Below, piece after piece: positions 25,007 to 38,700 of a stretch of DNA of 64,000 nucleotides. The position numbers and the translations under genes were made by a program. Location of the stretch: assembly GCA_000165425.1 (NCBI GenBank), contig CT868071.1, positions 69,089 to 133,088 on the forward strand, given 5' to 3'. The DNA is from Paramecium tetraurelia (taxonomy: Eukaryota). The notes beneath the pieces are model-generated. The model saw nothing but the letters and a program-made list of their open reading frames with translations, was not told where the DNA came from and ran no database searches. The stretch's first letter is position 1. Each line of letters opens with the position of its first letter.

Positions 25007-25757
25007 AACAATATATTATTTTATAAGAAATAAAATTAATTTTTATAATTTTAAACACTTATTTATTTAATTAAGTGTAACTTAGCAGATGATGTATTAT
25101 TTAATTTACTGTAAGACAGTACTTAAAGAGATGTCATTTATAAAATTACAGTTGTTCTATTTCCACCCGATTACTATTAAGTTATAAAATAACATTTGTT
25201 GGAAGCTTCTGAATAATTCTATCTTAATAAAAGAACCTAATTTTTTAGACCCTCACAAAAAAACTTAGACTTTATTGCCTCTTGTAAGGCTAAACTATTG
25301 TAGTAATTATGATTATATCTAAATTTATGAATGGCTAGTATCCTATAAGAATAGATTATATTTTATTACAAATCATATTATTGAATAGATTTAGTAAGAA
25401 AAAATCAAGAAATTATAAAGCTAATTATAAAAGGAAAAAAAATACATAGATAATTTACAAAAATTATGTTCTCTTATTTTTTGATTTCAAAAATACTAAG
25501 TAAATAAATCAATTGATTAAGATTATTCATAAATTAAAAATTGTTTGAAAAATCTAAGCTGATTTACTCTTCTTGAACAAAAAATTAATAAGGCATGTTA
25601 AATCTTCGGAATAAAAGACTCTAGAAAACTTAACTAAATTTGGATGTATTTAGTGATTCCACTTTACTATATAATTATTTCCTTTTATATGATTGTTGTT
25701 AATTTTATTTAACAATTTGTCAAAATGAGATTAATTGTAAATAATAAACTTTGAATA

Positions 25758-26192
25758 ATGAATATATAATAGGTGATATTAATAATTATTATATCATTTG
25801 CTGCTTGGTCCTGGAACGCAATTAAGAACATGAATTCTATCCCAAATACCGCATTACTCAGATTTCCAACCTTTTTAGCATCTACCCTATCAGAATACTT
25901 TGATCATGATACTGATTTGCAACAAACTTATGTTTCATATCCGCAAACAACTCCTCCAGCACTTTAACATCTATTTGTGCAATCCAAACTCCATGGAGCA
26001 AACTAATAATCTTATCTAAGGTTATTCTATCCATTAAGTTAGTTACAAAGAACTAATCCTATTATGAGAATGAAAACGCAAACTTTCATTATAAGTTATT
26101 ATAAATAATAAAAACGACATCAGAATTATATATGTAAAAACAGATCAAATCATGATATTAATTCTATAGAGCTAATTCCCCAATAATCATGA
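25758..26192 (+). CDS. Hypothetical protein with N-terminal hydrophobic segment (structure uncertain)
   Basis: MNIQQVILIIIISFAAWSWNAIKNMNSIPNTALLRFPTFLASTLSEYFDHD...; 3' end not resolved. Confidence 0.35.
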
Positions 26193-26634
26193 TAGAACTC
26201 TTACAATTTATTGTTTCTGCCATTTCAGTGACTTTATAAATTAATACTTTCCTTGATCAACTTAAGAAATTAAATAAATCTAGTTTATGCCATAAAATAT
26301 CAATCTAGGCCGTAATGAATTTTTTTAATTTTATTTTAAATAACCAATTTATCATGTTTTTAATGTACTTGAAGGAAGTTTTAGTTGTTTAATTCTTTAA
26401 TTGAAATAAACCATTAATTAATATAATAAATTTAGTTCTCTTAAAATTATGAACTCTTTTCGTAGGATTAATACTTATTCAAATTAGGAAACGTCTTACC
26501 TGAATAATCTTGCCTATTTTTTTATTGTAATTCTTCTATATTATTTAAATAAGAATTATAATTGGGAGACTATGAAAATCTTTTGTTTTATAATATATAA
26601 TGATAATAAAAAACAGATTATAAATCAGTTTTAC

Positions 26635-27220
26635 TCAATTATTCGCAGAAATAATATCTCGAATCTATTGGGCTAGAAATAGCAAAGGATTGAAAGACAT
26701 TTCTTCTCTCTATTACCTAAGGAATTGTTTCATTTTTTCCAATTCGTGTTTGTCTGCCTGGTCTTCATCCTCTTGATCCTCTCTTATTTCTCCTAATGAT
26801 AACAGAGTGTCTTTTTTGAGATCTTAAGATATTTATTCCTCTGCTCCTCCTTGTTAAGCCTATTCATCCATTGGTAAAGGTGATTGAATTTCTTTTTGAT
26901 CTTTTCCCATATATTTGTGAAACTCTGATTGATTAATCCCCATTTCATCTAAATCAACTGATCCTTCTGAGGATTCATACTCAGATCCAAGCTCAGCTCT
27001 GAGTCTCTCTTTTTCAACTCTCTTCTATTCAATTTTATCAAATATTTTTATTTTCTTGAGTCTTTCTTAATGTTTTCTAACTTCATCTGATTTCACAACA
27101 TGATCGATTAACTAATCTAATTATTCATATTACCTTCATTAATGCTGGTTATAATCCAGGGTAGACATTTTGCTATAAGTATTCTATGGCAACTAAATCT
27201 CTTTTAGTGTTTGGGATCAT
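26635..27220 (-). CDS. Hypothetical protein with split Dpy-30/RIIa-like motif
   Basis: AIEYLQQNVYPGLQPALMKLIDHV, then an acidic/charged region, then FNPLLFLAQQIRD; one intron. Confidence 0.75.
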
Positions 27221-27453
27221 TGAATTATAAATTAATTATAACAAATTTAGTTAACTAACTCAAAAGAAAACACTTTATATTGTAATTAATTATATCATGT
27301 CCTTCTACATCCTTTAAGTGAATGTAATTAATGTTTCAAATTGCTAATTGTTTTGTATTAAAAATTGAATAGTAACTTTATAATAACAATATTTTTCAAA
27401 CTAAATAATAATTTAAATTCTCTATTTAAACTTCAAAACAAAAATAATTAACT

Positions 27454-28620
27454 ATGTCTTATTAAGTCTTATTTTAAATGAAATCCCCAATTAAATTACA
27501 TAAGAAGAAATAGAATCCATTATTTTCTCAATAAAAAAAGATTGAAATTATTGTGAAAATAAGGTTTTATAAATTTACTGATTAAGAAAGATTTTATTGT
27601 TATCAAGGTATAAAACACATTTTTTTTGTTTTAGAACTCATGGAGATATTTTCATTAACTTTATTATTGCTTTAAACCATATAGTATAGAAATTCAAATA
27701 GAATCTTAATGAAAATAAATATCATAAAAAGCATTATGATTTAATAATAAAGAATATTCCACTAAAAAATTAATCCACATATTATGTAAAAGGAGGATTT
27801 TCTTATAATGGTTTACTATTTCATGATTGATTTCTCGAAACTATTTTTTGAGTTTTACATAAATTGTATTTGAGGATAAAATAAAATATAATTAAATATT
27901 AAAGGCTATGTGGAAATAAATAATATGAGGATACAAATATGTATTTTGATAACGTAATTGTAAGCAGTTGAATAAGGAAGCGTCAATTAGACTAAGCGTA
28001 ATACTTTTATTGCATATTATAAAATTTATAATAATCAGATTTTGAAGATTAATTTAATATTTAATAACAAAAATTGTAATGCTCCAAAGAAAAATAATAG
28101 TGCCTTCCAAAAGAAAATAATAGACAGATTCTTAACAATAGGATGATTTTTATTTTGAAAGTAACTTCGAAACTGTTGAGATGGAGGAGATAACTTCAAT
28201 GTTAGCTAAGAGACTTAAGTTTGAAAATTGTGAGGAAGGGTTGAATGAATCAAGATAATTTAAGAGATGTTGTTTCAGTGATGAGAAATTTGTAAGTTGT
28301 AGTCCAGGATTAGAAATACTAGCAAAATAATAGGAGATTTCAATAATGCCCAATGAAAAGCATTCTACCAAATAGGTTAATTAACTGAAAGGAGGAGAAA
28401 AGAGATCCGTTCAGTTGAAGAACATTACAGAGTTTAAGCATATAAGAACTGGTGAAATAAATTATCTGGAATTTTTTGGATTCCCTGATGTTCAGAAAAC
28501 AATGAAGGCAAAAAGGAAAAAGGGTAACAATAAAATAACCAAGAAGATTCGTAAATATTGAATATACAATTGAAAATAGTTATCCATATATCTAGATTTA
28601 GCTTACAATTTATAAACACT
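27454..28620 (+). pseudogene. Probable pseudogene or unresolved hypothetical gene
   Basis: Protein-like frame (ILNEIPNQITQEEIESIIFSIKKD*NYCENKVLQIY*LRKILLLSR...) with a remnant GT-AG intron at ~27608-27633 but several in-frame TGAs. Confidence 0.4.
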
Positions 28621-28787
28621 TTTAATTTAATTTACTAGAAATTAAATGTGATTTCTTATTTTATTTTTAAATATTTCATATTAATCATGCAATTGATGGA
28701 GAATGTCACTTATTGGATTGAGTTTTGTCAAAAAAGAGAATAATAAATAATTATTATTCAATTATTTTATAATTAATATAAATAAGG

Positions 28788-30395
28788 ATGAATTATAAAC
28801 CAATATCGAATGATTAGCATTCCTTAGACATCGGAGAAGAAGATGGAGAATTGGATATTGTAGTCAAGAGATAGGAAAAGCCAAAGTCTAATTAAAAGTC
28901 GCTATTAATATGGATTGTCATTGTCACATTTCTTGGTGCTATTCTAATATATGTTGGTTAGAGTGATTGGACAACAAATGGCAAAAATAAAACAGATAAA
29001 AATAAAAATTTTAATTTCACAAAAGTGAATAAAACAAGTATTACGTGTTTTAATTTAAAGTCATCCCTGATTTAAAGGAAAAATAAGCAGACAATTTGGA
29101 ACATTAAGATTAATTGAATAATACTGTTAAGGAAGATGCAACAAGGAATGTTACAGAAGGAAATTCGGATAAAATCAATAAAACGTTTAGTGATGTAAGT
29201 AGAGTAGAAGATCAGCAAGAGAACTAAGAGGAAGAGAAAAATATTGATTTTGAAGGTAAAATCAAATAACAACAAATTAGAATTATAAAAATAAACAGAT
29301 TAATTAAATAAGGAAATTAAAGAGTATTTCAAACACAAGAATGAAACAGAGAATTAGGAGACAGTCGACGTAGCTTCTAAAGATCCAAGATATGGTGAAG
29401 TTTTATGCGAAAGCGGTTATTATATGAATAGAGATGAGAAGAAATGCAAAAAATGTGAAGATAGATGTGCTGAGTGCATGCATATCATTGGAACCTGTTA
29501 TAAATGTTAAAGTGAAGTATCAATTATTTGTATTAAGAGTTTTACTTAAACAATTATGGTAAATGCATCTAAAAATGTGAAGGAAAGCATGATTCAAGTA
29601 ATCTATTGTTGTCAGATGACAATAAAAATTAAAGCATCCCTATTTGTTTAGGCAATCAACATACATCATCACTCTATATGTCAGTTTAAAAGTCTAAAAA
29701 TACTCACTTTGTTTTGCCATACTTGATCATTCATCCAGCCACTAGTGTTTCATTAATGTATCATAACAATTTCCCTCTTGTTTATTATTTCAACAAAGAC
29801 ATATTCAATTTTGAGGATGGGATGAAATTGAATGAAATTATCACTCAAGCCCAAGAAAAATAATTGATCGTTATCATTATAGGAGCTCATACTCTATACG
29901 ATTTCTCTTTGTTTAACACTTTTTTATTCTAAGAGGCTTTGCAAAATATAGAGCTTTTGGTGAAAGCAAAAAGTTCAACTTTCAGATCCTTTTTTGGTTA
30001 AGATTACAATGCATACGGAGTAATTAGAGAATACTAATCGCAGTACAAGAATAATTCTGTCGATTTAGTCATATCAGATGACCCTGTAGAAATCGATCAG
30101 TATGGCATTTATTAAAATTAATAGCGAATACTTGGAATCTAATTTATTGGTGACTCATGAATAACATTACACTGACTATAATTTTGAATCTTTACAAGGA
30201 GCTTAATCACAAAAAACTACTGTGATTTTGTTATTCCACACTAAAAATGAATAAGATCAAAAGGATTATTGTTCAAGATTTCTTTATGTATCTTTCTTGC
30301 AATGTGCAGTAAGAGATATTAAAATAGATCACATTTAAAGAATGAGATAAGGGTTTGAATTAATTTCGTAATTTGTTGTATAACCAGATTTATGA
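28788..30395 (+). CDS. Type-II membrane protein with furin-like Cys-rich repeat and a globular C-terminal domain
   Basis: TM LLIWIVIVTFLGAILIYVG, then Q/N/E stalk, then CESGYYMNRDEKKCKKCEDRCAECMHIIGTCYKC; three tiny introns restore the frame. Confidence 0.75.
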
Positions 30396-30431
30396 TGAAT
30401 TTCATAATTCTTCTTATTATGTATTATTAAA

Positions 30432-32135
30432 TCAAGGAAACAATCTAACAGGGTCTCTTGGGAACATACATGCATTACTGATATTCTTTAGATTGAAATA
30501 TAAAAATGCAACTCTTTCTAATCCAAAGGCACATCCCCCATGAGGATAAGCACCATATCTAAAATGATTAGTTTCATATTATATACCTGAATGAGTCAAT
30601 GTAATCCTTCAATGGTTCAACAGCAATTCCTTTCTCTTTAATTTGTTTAACTAAGAGTTCTGGGTCATGCACTCTCTATGCACCTGAAACGATTTCCTCT
30701 CCTCTCATGAAAAAGTCATAGGATAGAGTGTAGTTGGGATCATCATGACAAGGCATAGTATAAAATGGTCTAGCCTTCTTAGGATATCTGTGGAGAATGT
30801 AAAAGTCAGTTCCATATTTTTCTCTTACCAATTTACCAAGAATCTTCTCATTAACAGTATCTAAATCATCATGGGGATCTTGATTAACACCTGCTTCATG
30901 CAACATCTTGACACCTTCTTCGAAAGTGAGTTTGAGTACTGGTTCTGGTATTTTGAATGGTTCAAATGGGAATTATTGAGAAATGATTTCTATTTCCTTT
31001 TAGTATCTCTTTTCAATTCCCTTGAACATATATATACACAAGTCTCCCATTAAATCTAGTAATTCAGTAAAATGCTCCTTGATAACCATTTCAATATCCA
31101 TACTGATGAATTCACATTAATGTCTATGTGTGTTCGAATTTTCGGCTCTAAAAACAGGAGCTACTTCGAAAACCCTGTCATAGTCAGCCATCAAACACAT
31201 TTATTTATATAATTAAGGAGATTATGCTAAACAGGCATCTTAATTGAAATATTTCAACTTAAACACGTTAGTGCCACCTTCAGAAGTACCTCCAATTAAT
31301 TTTGGTGTATGGATTTCAATGAATCCATTTTCAACCAAAAATTCTCTGAACAACAATCCAATACCTGATTAAACTCTGAAAATTGCTTATTTAGCAGGAG
31401 TTCTGAGATCGATAACTCTGTTATCTAATCTAGTTTTCAACATGACTTATATCTATTATTTTTCATTTTTATCCTATTTTTATTAAGGTTCTTCTTATTT
31501 CTATTCTTAAACTCCGTCTTCAAAGTCTGTGATTCTTCTTGAAGCATCTTCAATTTAAAATGGTAACATAGGTAAAGATCTGCTTACCACTTGAATTGAT
31601 CTCACTTCCAATTCCACTTTTTGAGTGCAAGATAAGATCTCCTTAAATGGTTATTTAACAAGAGCTTCAATATCGACAACAGATTCAACTGGGATTCCTG
31701 AGATATACTTTAACATTTAGGCACTTGCAAACTCACCCTTCTCAGCCACTACTTAAATTGTGTTATAATTCTCTCTTAAAACTAAGAAGGCCAACTTTCC
31801 CTTCACTCTTGAGTTATGAATTCTGGCCCTTACTAAAATTACTTAATTCACTAAAGTTTAGTCAACGTCGCCAACTTTGGTCCATTTTCGATTTGTTCTC
31901 TCTTGAGATTAAATCAAATTCAAATCTCTATATCTGCCTACACAATTATCCTCTTCTTAAATTAGTTATTCCTATTGTTTTTATTCTATTATTAGATCCA
32001 AGTAAGAATACCTTATTGGTGCTCTTTTTTTTTCTAAGCCTTTTCTGCTTCCTTTTTTTCTCTTTATAATTATTTCTTTGACTTTTATTCTCCTTCTGCC
32101 ACTTACTCTGGAGGTTGAACTGGCTAATCTGACAT
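30432..32135 (-). CDS. DARS: Aspartyl-tRNA synthetase, cytosolic
   Basis: [105 protein letters not shown]. Confidence 0.97.
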
Positions 32136-32518
32136 CTTAAAAAATTTATTCTTTTATTAAAAGATAAATCGAAATTAAATCGGCCTGATTAATGTATTGA
32201 ATAATCTAAGTTGTCTAATAATCATATATAATAATAATTATTTATATAAGTCATCTCTCTTCTTTTAAGACACTGACCACAAATAAATCTGTAGCCAAAT
32301 TTATTCCAATTAATACTTTGAACTATATGTTTCAATAATAACAACAAAATTATCTTTATAAGGATTTACTCTATAATTCACACTATTTATTAATTCTTAT
32401 AGATCTACAAATTTAATTTTCCAAATTAATACTTACGGTATTTCTCAACAAATAAAGAAACAAAAAGTTCTTAATATACTATGAATGTTATAATAATTAA
32501 TATCGATAATTTTAATGC

Positions 32519-33762
32519 TCAATCAAGCTTAACCTTTTTAGCAACAGGATCAGCAATAAACGAATCCATACCAAAAATATTTTCAGCTTTCTCAAATTAA
32601 ACAGGAACATTTCTTAAGTTGTTATTGCTAATGATATATTAGGATTGATACTTATTATCTTCTTCTCCTTGTTGAATTCCAGAATATAGGTTGGCTCTTG
32701 GTTTATCATTGAACAAGGGTTTGTCGAATGCTTCATATTCATCTTCATCTCCAAATCCATGATTCACTCCTTGAGTTTAATTGAATAACCTTTGATCATA
32801 TAAAGTATTTTGAGTAGTAGGTTATGCTTAACCCAAGGCTATTTTTTCACTGATGTCTCTGTCGTTATCTCTGTTAGTTTTGCTCTTCTTTCCTTGGTTT
32901 TCCTATCTTAACTATCTTTCAAGTTCTCTTTTTCTTAAGTATCTTAATTCTTCTCTGGCTTAAAGCTCTTATTATTGTTAATTTTCAGAGGCATCCTCTT
33001 ATTTTGTAGTTTACTCCAAGAGAAGGTTCTTTCTCTATCTGGCTTCCATAGCTTTTTGCCTGTTTTCTTCTTCTTTTTCTTAGTATTCTTTATATTGCAT
33101 AGATTTCAATATCTTATTTCTCTCTTCAAGTTCTTTTCTGGATTGTCTTTCAGCAATATAGAGACCATCGGTTAATTAGGCGAATTTGGCATTTACTGTA
33201 TGCTTTTAAAAATTAGTAATGATGAAATACATGTTAGAGTGTTCTACCATCAGCGGACAATCTCATTTCTAACGGGATTGTGTAACCTTTGGCATTTTTC
33301 CAATTTGAAATACAAGGAGGAATTTTCCAATCTTGTTGATCTTTGAGAGTCAACTTTCTAGGTGGAGATCTCATTTGAATAGGTGGTGGTGATCCTGGGC
33401 CTTTAGGAATTCTTTTATGTTTAAAACGAGGAGGTTCCATTGGATCCAATTACTGGGCTTGAACTCTTTAAAATAAATAAATGCTTCTACTTTACAATTC
33501 TCTCCTAGCCGGTTTGCTATTAATCACCTTGTTTGGGAGTGTATTTGATATATTATTGGGCAGCTCCATCCGAGGCTCTGAGTTATCCCATGGTTGCGCA
33601 TTACTTTGAGAACACCAATTGATCTAGTTGTTTCTTGGTGTGGATTGCAATCTGTTCACTCACTTCTTTTGAAGGCTTTGAAAGTTCTGCTTCGGAGAGA
33701 TAGGTGTTTTTAAAATTGTGAGCATATTATGCTCCATCGGTTCCTCTAAATGGTTTAATCAT
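32519..33762 (-). CDS. SNW1: SNW1/SKIP/Prp45 spliceosomal protein
   Basis: DPMEPPRFKHKRIPKGPGSPP, WKIPPCISNWKNAKGYTIPLEMRLSADGR, RDISEKIALG, YDQRLFNQ. Confidence 0.96.
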
Positions 33763-33801
33763 ATATTTATTATGAATATTTAAATATTGTTTAATATATT
33801 A

Positions 33802-34406
33802 TCACTATTTATGAATACTCAACTGTTATTACAAATTGGAAAGCGTAAATTCTGGCTTATATTCAACAGGGATTTCAATTGGTTTGTATTATTTAGCAGA
33901 AATTTTGAAGCCTTGTTGTTTGATTTAGACTTCCACTTTCTCTTCGCTTTTGTTCAATAAAACAATTGGCTCAGGATTGTTCTTGGCCAACTCAGGAAAC
34001 AACTCAGGATGATAACTGTAGGGTGGTGGAGGATAGTGAGTTCTATTGGGATTCTCTCTTGGAATCACATCAACATAAAATGTTTTCTTGAATTTATAAG
34101 GATCCCTTCTGAAATGCACAATACCCTTTGTAATTAGTTATAAAATCACCATACTTCGACCTTAGAATGAATAGTGTGATCCTTTCCCACTGAAGTGTTC
34201 TATCCAGGTTTCCATCTAAACCCTCTTTGTCTAATTAAAATGTCATTTGGAAACACTTCCTCTCCTCCAAATTTCTTTACTCCCAGTCTCCTACCTGCAG
34301 AATCCTTAGTTTTTTGAGTTGAGCTGGCTTGCATCTTTGTTGCAAAACCGTAGCAAATGCTCTCCGATAGGGATTTGAAATAATTCTAAGCAAATGCCTT
34401 AATCAT
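33802..34406 (-). CDS. MRPL27: Mitochondrial ribosomal protein L27 (bL27m)
   Basis: Targeting-like N-terminus, then ATKMQASSTQKTKDSAGRRLGVKKFGGEEVFPNDILIRQRGFRWKPGQNTSVGKDHTIHSKVEG, plus a C-terminal extension. Confidence 0.93.
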
Positions 34407-34452
34407 ATTATTTATGTTAATTATTGAATACAAAAATGTTTAATAACTATCA

Positions 34453-35634
34453 TCATTAATGAATAGATGTCTTCTATTTTTGATTGATATTCCTCTTAGT
34501 GCTGCCACTTCTGCTTCTTGGTTAAGTTTAAATACTTTCTATAAAATGATTGATGAATATTTTACAATGAATATTTTTCTGCAACATACTTGAATTTTAA
34601 GAATTGTTTTTTGATACAGTATAATTTCCAATGTGTGTTTTGATGTTTTTAATTGCATTGTGTTATTATATTAAATCATTTATTGAAGATATCGAATTAT
34701 GCTTTATTTGATAGCTTTTAATTTACTCCTATTGTTGATTTATTGATTGTTATAATGATTGCAAATGATGATTCTATCCGTATTACAAAATATTGAAATA
34801 GTTCTGTTTCAAAGACCCTTACGATTATGTTGGGTAGTCAGTGCTTTCCTAGAATTAACTACTTAATTTATGTTCTGAATAGGAATTAGTCTTATTCGTT
34901 TCTTTACTATTAGGCTTTCTCTAAACCAACCCTTTTATTTATTACATATTTTTGGTTATTTACTGAACCTCATAATCTACATGATCCAGCTCAATGGTTC
35001 TCTTCTATTGTTCAAATTCTAGTTATTAAATCTTTTCCTTGAAAGATACTATTTCTGATTGCAAAGATTGATTTTCTTCGTAATACTTTTGATTCTCTCT
35101 TTTCAAATTCTAATGTATTACAATTAAACATACATTCATTATGTTTTTTGTTGTTTCCAGTAATTCGTTTCTTGTTGCCTCACTTTCGTCCAATTTTGAT
35201 TACATCGATTCTGCATATAATTTCAATTATTATTCCAACTAAGATTAAATCAAACTAAAATCATACACGAATGTGATTCCTTATCTCGCTCTCATATTTA
35301 ATGACTGATTATTCTAATTTTTCATATTCATCCTCTGTCCGTATACTTTTTTATGTCATATTTGGATCTATACTATTTTCTAATTTCCTTTCATAATTGC
35401 GAAAGCTTACTGGATTTTTCTCTCTATCTTCAACATTAGATTAGTGAAGATAATTTTAATTATGTTTACTAATTGAGTCAAATTTTCATAATCTTTCAGT
35501 TCTTTCTCAACTGCATTCAAATCATTTTTGGTCTCAATATATTTCTCCAATTGCATCAATATTCGCTCGAGCAAATCCTTGAGGGATGACTCCATTTCTC
35601 TGTCAGAATATGTTATCAAACTTGTTTCACTCAT
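34453..35634 (-). CDS. Hypothetical coiled-coil protein
   Basis: MSETSLITYSDREMESSLKDLLERILMQLEKYIE...DYEKLEQSVIKYESEIRNHIR; several tiny introns; 3' end approximate. Confidence 0.7.
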
Positions 35635-35751
35635 TAACAGTTAATTTATTTATTAAATAAGTATTTTTAAAAAGTTATTTCATATATCCTCCAATACCCA
35701 TTTGTACATTTGTAGATAAAAAAACAAATAAATTCAAACCCAAACTCAAAC

Positions 35752-38700
35752 TCAAATCAACTTCTCATTCACAAAATAACTCCTTGTGTTTCTCAAAAAA
35801 TTATCATCATACAAAATTGCTGCCAAAGGGACCGAATATATGAACTTAGTCAACAGCTTATAATTTCTTAATTAAATTATCTAATCAAACTTAATCAGCA
35901 ATAGCCCATTTATTATTGAAATGCATAAACAAGCCACAGTAATTATCTAAAAATTCGATAATATCTTACATTATAATCCACCTCAACTTACTAATTATAA
36001 TAAAATAAATCCGAATAAAACCTTTCAAGTATGTACTGGAGACCATAACTCAAAATTGTAATACCCTCTAATTCTAAAATCGGAAAATTTGATCTATTTG
36101 TAAAATTAGTATATTCAAACTCAGTTTTTATTTGATTCTTTATATCAATCAAAGCAGTTGAAATTCCCTTCTGTAACACTCCGCCAAGAGTAGTGTTACA
36201 AATATTGTAAGAGTTGTCGATTGCCTAAGATTATTTAAATTGAATTACAACTAATTCTACGCATAAATTCCCATTACTGAAGCTATCTAAAAGACTAGAA
36301 AATTCTGAATCAAAAAAATAGTCATTCGGTTAAAATGTCCATTATTAATCAGTATACTATTCCAACCCTACTAAACCCTCTTATGCAATTTTGTAGTATT
36401 GATTTAGATCTGTTTAATTTAAAAATGGAAACGCCGATTTATAATATAGAATTTCCCTTGTTTGATATATACTTAAAACATTAATATTTAAATTGGCAAA
36501 TACTTCGTATAGCCTCCCAGTTTGTTTTATTTTTGAATACGTATGATAGATTTGAGTAGTTAAAACAATGAATGACACAGCTAATACTCCAAAGTGGGTT
36601 AATGTGAGTAAAATTGATTTAAGCTTATAATACTCAGGAGAGATTGTGTTTTTCTTTTATTAGTGTTTTGAATGATGAGAGCATTACTATTTAATCATTC
36701 CAAAATACTCATCTTTCTCTTAAAAATTGAGTTTGTAATTTTAAATTTACTGATAATTCTTCTCAATCAATTCTTATAATAATGTTAATCTTTGAATTTC
36801 TAAGTTTAAGAAATTCTAATCTTAATTTAACAATAAGATCTTCAGTTTTTCCTTTTATATCTAAAATACTAAATCAGAAACAGTTAATGTGAACTAGATC
36901 ATTACGAAAAAGAAACATAATACAATAAAGATGACTATTATTTTTTGCTAAGAATCATCTAGGTGCTATTGTTAGGCATCAAAGGCAACTAAATTAGCGT
37001 CTGTGAAAGCATTTAATAAGGTATGCAAATTCTTGTAATTATAATAAAAGTAAGAACTTTCATAATCTGCTTATCCATTTTAAATGTAAGCATTTTAAGT
37101 GTCATATTAATAATTCAGTAAAGTCATTAAACTATTTCGAAAACTAAGCATACTCGTTTCACCAACATTTCCTTTTTACAAAAATTCCAGATTTAAATAT
37201 TAATCTTGATAAAGAGTAAAAAAAATAGGTTCAGTTAAGATACCTGAAATCCCATTCTTAAGTTTTTCGTAACTTCCTATTAATCTTGATTTTGGATAAA
37301 CTAAGAATTCCAAATATTACTATTAAGTAATTATCTTATAATAAAATTCGACGTTATAATTTACTATTGACAAACGAATCAATTGAAAGGACAAAATAGG
37401 ATAAAAGATATCATTTTTCATACCTAATAGTTTGAAATCCTTCTGAAAATGATGAAAAAGATCTATCTCATACAAATACTATGTCTATAATAGAAATAAT
37501 TACCAAACCAAAACCAACTATTGATATTATAGTTAAAAGTATTCTAAAATATATCATTTTCTTAAAAATTTAAGGGATTTTTCTTGAGTTGGTAAGCTCA
37601 TAAACAAGCGAAAATTATCGATAGTATATCGACTTTTGCATAGCTGAAACACCAGACTATTGAGAGGATATGCCTTCTGTTTAAAGCTTTTAGTTCAATT
37701 TCTTTTTCTTCTGTGTATTCATATCTAGTTCCTCGCTTACATGCTGCTCCTCCTCATTCTTCATTGCCACTAATTATTCATCCTATTAAATATCTGATTA
37801 CATTAAGTTTTAACATACGAATTCAGATTTCAAAATACATTATTGGTTATATATCTTTTCTTCATGAATACTCTATTCCATTGCAAAAGGTTTATCCACT
37901 ATGATGGACTCATCTAAATGTGTAGTAGCAATCACATTTTCTGATTGTCTATATTAATAAATATACGTATCTCCATTATTGTAAACACGTTTTGGATTTT
38001 TTATTATAAGTTCATAATAACTAGAGCCATACTCATTTCTCTTTTAAGAAATTGATAAATCACATTGATAGCATATCAAAGATTGGTGATAATTCCACTA
38101 TTATTGAATTTTTACTTATGAGGATTGCATGAAAAAAGAAGCATTGACTTTATTTGGATCTACAAAATAAAATGTCTATAAACTATAAAATTTATCTTGT
38201 ATTAATTGATCAATATGCTTATAAATAGTGCATATGTCCAAACCAATAAAGTATTAAGCAAAGACTCCATCAAATTACAATACATCGCAAAACAGCTCAT
38301 CATCAATATTTAAGATTCTTTTAGTATCATCTAGGAAAATACTATATGAACTTTCCTTTATCTTTTTAAAAAATACAATCATTTCAATAGAGGTCAAGTT
38401 TAATTAACTTAAATCCATTAGTAAATCAATTTTTTTACACAAACAAGGAGAGATCTGAATGTAAGATTCATTGAGTTATTAATAAAATTTATTCTGTCTA
38501 CCTGCTATGAAATTCTGTATTAATTTCATATGAGACACTTGAATATAGTTAGGTATCATATCTTAAAAGTTCAGTGTTTCTAATTTGTCGAATTTTTCTA
38601 ATTTATTATATTTGTATTTGAGAATTTTGATACTTTGCTTATTGTTGATTTAAATTATCATATTGGAGAATTAATTAGACAAGAATGCATTGCTGAATTT

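Noticed and set aside
25088..25485. ~130-codon open code-6 frame
   Set aside because: No recognisable motif; with only one stop codon, open frames of this length arise by chance.
35730..35760. AAACCC/AAACTC run resembling a telomeric repeat
   Set aside because: Only one true unit plus degenerate copies; no telomere array.
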